Assembly (NCBI RefSeq): GCF_963921235.1
Contig: NC_086118.1
Span: 21,764,001 to 21,828,000, forward strand
Direction: 5' to 3'
From: Mobula hypostoma
Taxonomy: Eukaryota
DNA length: 64,000 nt
Positions 61,530-64,000 of the stretch are shown here, one piece after another. The notes beneath the pieces are model-generated. The model was not told where the DNA came from, did not search any database, and worked only from the letters and a program-made list of their open reading frames with translations. Made by a program: the position numbers and the translations under genes. Each line of letters begins with the position of its first letter. Position 1 is the first letter of the stretch.

Positions 61530-63400
61530 GAAAAGAGAGCAACTAAAAGAATCATTAGGAGGGAAAAGATGAAATATGAAAGCAGACTAGCAAACAACAT
61601 CAAAGTGGACAGTAAAGGCTTTTTCAAGTATGTAAAAAATAAGGGAGATGAGAATGGATACAGAACCACTAGAAAATGAGGCTGGAGAAATAACAACGGG
61701 AGACAAGGAGATGGCAGATGAACTAAATGAGTATTTTGCATCTGCCTTCACTGTGGAAAACACTAGCAGTGTGTCAGATGTTGAAGGGTGAGAGGGAAGA
61801 GAAGTGAGTACAGTTACTGTTTAAAGGGAGAAGGTGCTCAAAAAGCTGAAAGACCTAAGGGTAGATAAGTCAGCTGGACCAGATGAACTGTACCCCAGGG
61901 TTCTGAAAGAAGTAATGGTAGAGATTGTAGGGCCATTAGTATGATCTTTCAAAAATCATTGGGCCCTAGTATGGTGCCAGAGGACTGGAAGATTGAAAGT
62001 GTCACTCCACTCTTTAAGAAAGGAGGAAGGCAGCAGAAAGGAAATTATAGACTAGTTAGCCTGACCTCAGATGTTGGAGTCAATTTTTAAGGATGAGGTA
62101 TGGAATACTTGGAGACACAGGACAAAATAGGACGAAGTGTCATGGCTTCCTTCAGGGAATATCTTGCCTGATGAATCTGTTGGAATTCTTTGAAGAGATT
62201 ACAAGTAGGATAGATAAAGGGGATGTAGTAGATGTTGCATATTGGACTTTCAGAAGGTCTTTGACAAGGTGCCACACATGAGGCTGCTTACCTAATTAAG
62301 AGCCCATGGTATTACAGGAAAGTTCCTGGCATGGTTAGAGCATTGGCTGACTGGTAGGAGGCAGTGAGTGGGAGTAAAAGGATCCTTTTCTAGTTGGCTG
62401 CCAGTGAGTAGTAGTGTTCTACAGGGGTCAGTGTGGGGACCATTTCTTTTTATGCTGTGTGTAGATCAATGATTTAGATGATGGAATAAATGGCTTTGTT
62501 GGTAAGTTTGCAGATGATACAAAGATTGGTGGAGGGGTAGATAGTGTTGAGGAAACAGGTAGGCTGCAGAAGGACTTAGACAGATTAGGAGAATGGGCTA
62601 GAGAGTGACAAATGAAATACAATGTTGGAAAGTGCATGGCCATGCACTTTAGTAGTAGAAATAAATGTGCGGACTATTTTCTAAACGGGGAGAAAATCCA
62701 AAAATCTGAGATGCCAAGAAAATAGGGAGTCCTTGTGCAGAACAACCAGAAGATTAACTTGCAGGTAGAATTAGTGGTGAGGAAGGCAAATGCAATGTTA
62801 GCATTCATTTCAAGAGGTCTAGAATACAAGAGCAGGGATGTGATGCTGAGGCTTTATAAGGTACTGGCGAGGCTTCATCTTGAGTATTGCGAACAGTTTT
62901 GGGCTCCTCATCTAAGAAAAGATGTGTTGATATTGGTGAGGGTTCAGAGGAAGTTCACAAGGATGTTTCTGGGAATGAAAGGGTTATCATACAAGGAACG
63001 TTTGATAGCTCTGGGTCTGTACATACTGGAATTTAGAAGGATGGGGGTTATCTCATTGAAGCCTTCCAAACGTTGAAAGGCTTAGACAGAGTACATGTGG
63101 AAAGGATGTTTTCCATGGTGGGGGGAGTCTAGGACAAGAGGGCACAGCCTCAGGATTGAAGGGTGTCCATTTGAAACAGAAATATGGAGAAATTTCTTTA
63201 GCCAGAGAGAGGCAAATTTGTGAAATTTATTACCACAAGCAGCTGTGGAAGCCAGGTCATCGGGTGTGTTTAAGGCAGGGCTTGATAGGTTCTTGATTGG
63301 ACTCAGCATATGAGGTTACGAGGAGAAGGCTGGGGAGTAGGGCTGAGGAGAAGACTTGATGGGTCAAATGGCCTAATTCTGCTCCTATGTCTTATGTCCT
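61530..63400 (+). mobile_element. CR1 LINE
   Basis: CLMNLLEFFEE, KFADDTK, LEYCEQFWAPHLRK; tail tatgtcttatgtc. Confidence 0.9.
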
Positions 63401-64000
63401 TGAGGGTGGTAGCCTCATTAAGACATCAGTGATCACCACATGGGCGATAACCTCCATCAGACTAAGGGACCATATGGAGGGGTGAAACCCAGGGGCTATT
63501 CATGTTGGCTATCCATGTTGGCAAACTCAGCCTTCACGGTTGCCAGCTTTTCTCTGTCCAGTCTATGCACGCAGGCATGGACTGGCGGGCCAGTTGTGGG
63601 AATGTGGTGCTCGACCCCATGTTTTTAATCTGTAGTGGAAAATGTGGAGTTAGTGAGGTTTGGGAATGCACCCAGCAGTCGAGTAAACTCACATGCAGTG
63701 GTGCATGTGCTTGACAGAGATGTTGTGGGGAACTTACTGGGGGAGCAGGGTAATGACCCAAAGTCCTTGACATCCACAAGCTGGCAGTTCTTAAGATCAA
63801 CTCACAGTCCTTGGGCACACAGCAAATCTGCACTGAGCAGTGGTCTGGTCACTTTAGCCAGGACAAAGTCCCATGTGTAACATTGTTCACGGGGGTGAGA
63901 AATTGAAAGATCTCTTGGCATCTATAAGTTCTGGCATTGATACCACATCTATTATTCAATTCATTCAAAACGTGTGCAATCATTTCGATGATAGATTTCC

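Larger units (their letters stand above)
57990..63880 (-). mobile_element. Decayed Gypsy pol (RT ~61156-61530, integrase ~58280-59400, upstream part ~63400-63880), split by two CR1 insertions
   Basis: KVDLVRGYYQ..KTAV..FGLFEF..FGLK..YLDDILV; LPWALLGLRTAPKEDL..AELVYG; DHTTRWP. Confidence 0.8.

Overview
Eukaryotic, repeat-rich vertebrate DNA. The mix of CR1, Rex1/Babar, Penelope, RTE, Gypsy and hAT elements suggests a cartilaginous fish (inference). One host gene is solidly supported: a six-coding-exon + strand TRIM gene, join(24192..24959,30768..30863,31864..32097,34169..34340,38855..38950,43644..44206), 642 aa, with all introns GT-AG and phases consistent. Its B-boxes, coiled coil and PRY/SPRY match TRIM16 as I recall it, yet it carries an intact N-terminal C3HC4 RING, which mammalian TRIM16 lacks. 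This RING-bearing TRIM16 is the most interesting observation. Most of the remainder is nested, mostly decayed transposable elements, many resolvable to the base by target-site duplications (TSDs). They include a near-intact Hero-type RT+RLE retrotransposon, Penelope elements with hammerhead-ribozyme-like motifs and inverted-terminus derivatives, a miniature LTR element just downstream of the gene, and a CR1>hAT>(CR1+Penelope) nest. A few unique segments may be exons of neighbouring minus-strand genes but are unverified. All family assignments come from recalled motifs; no database search was run.
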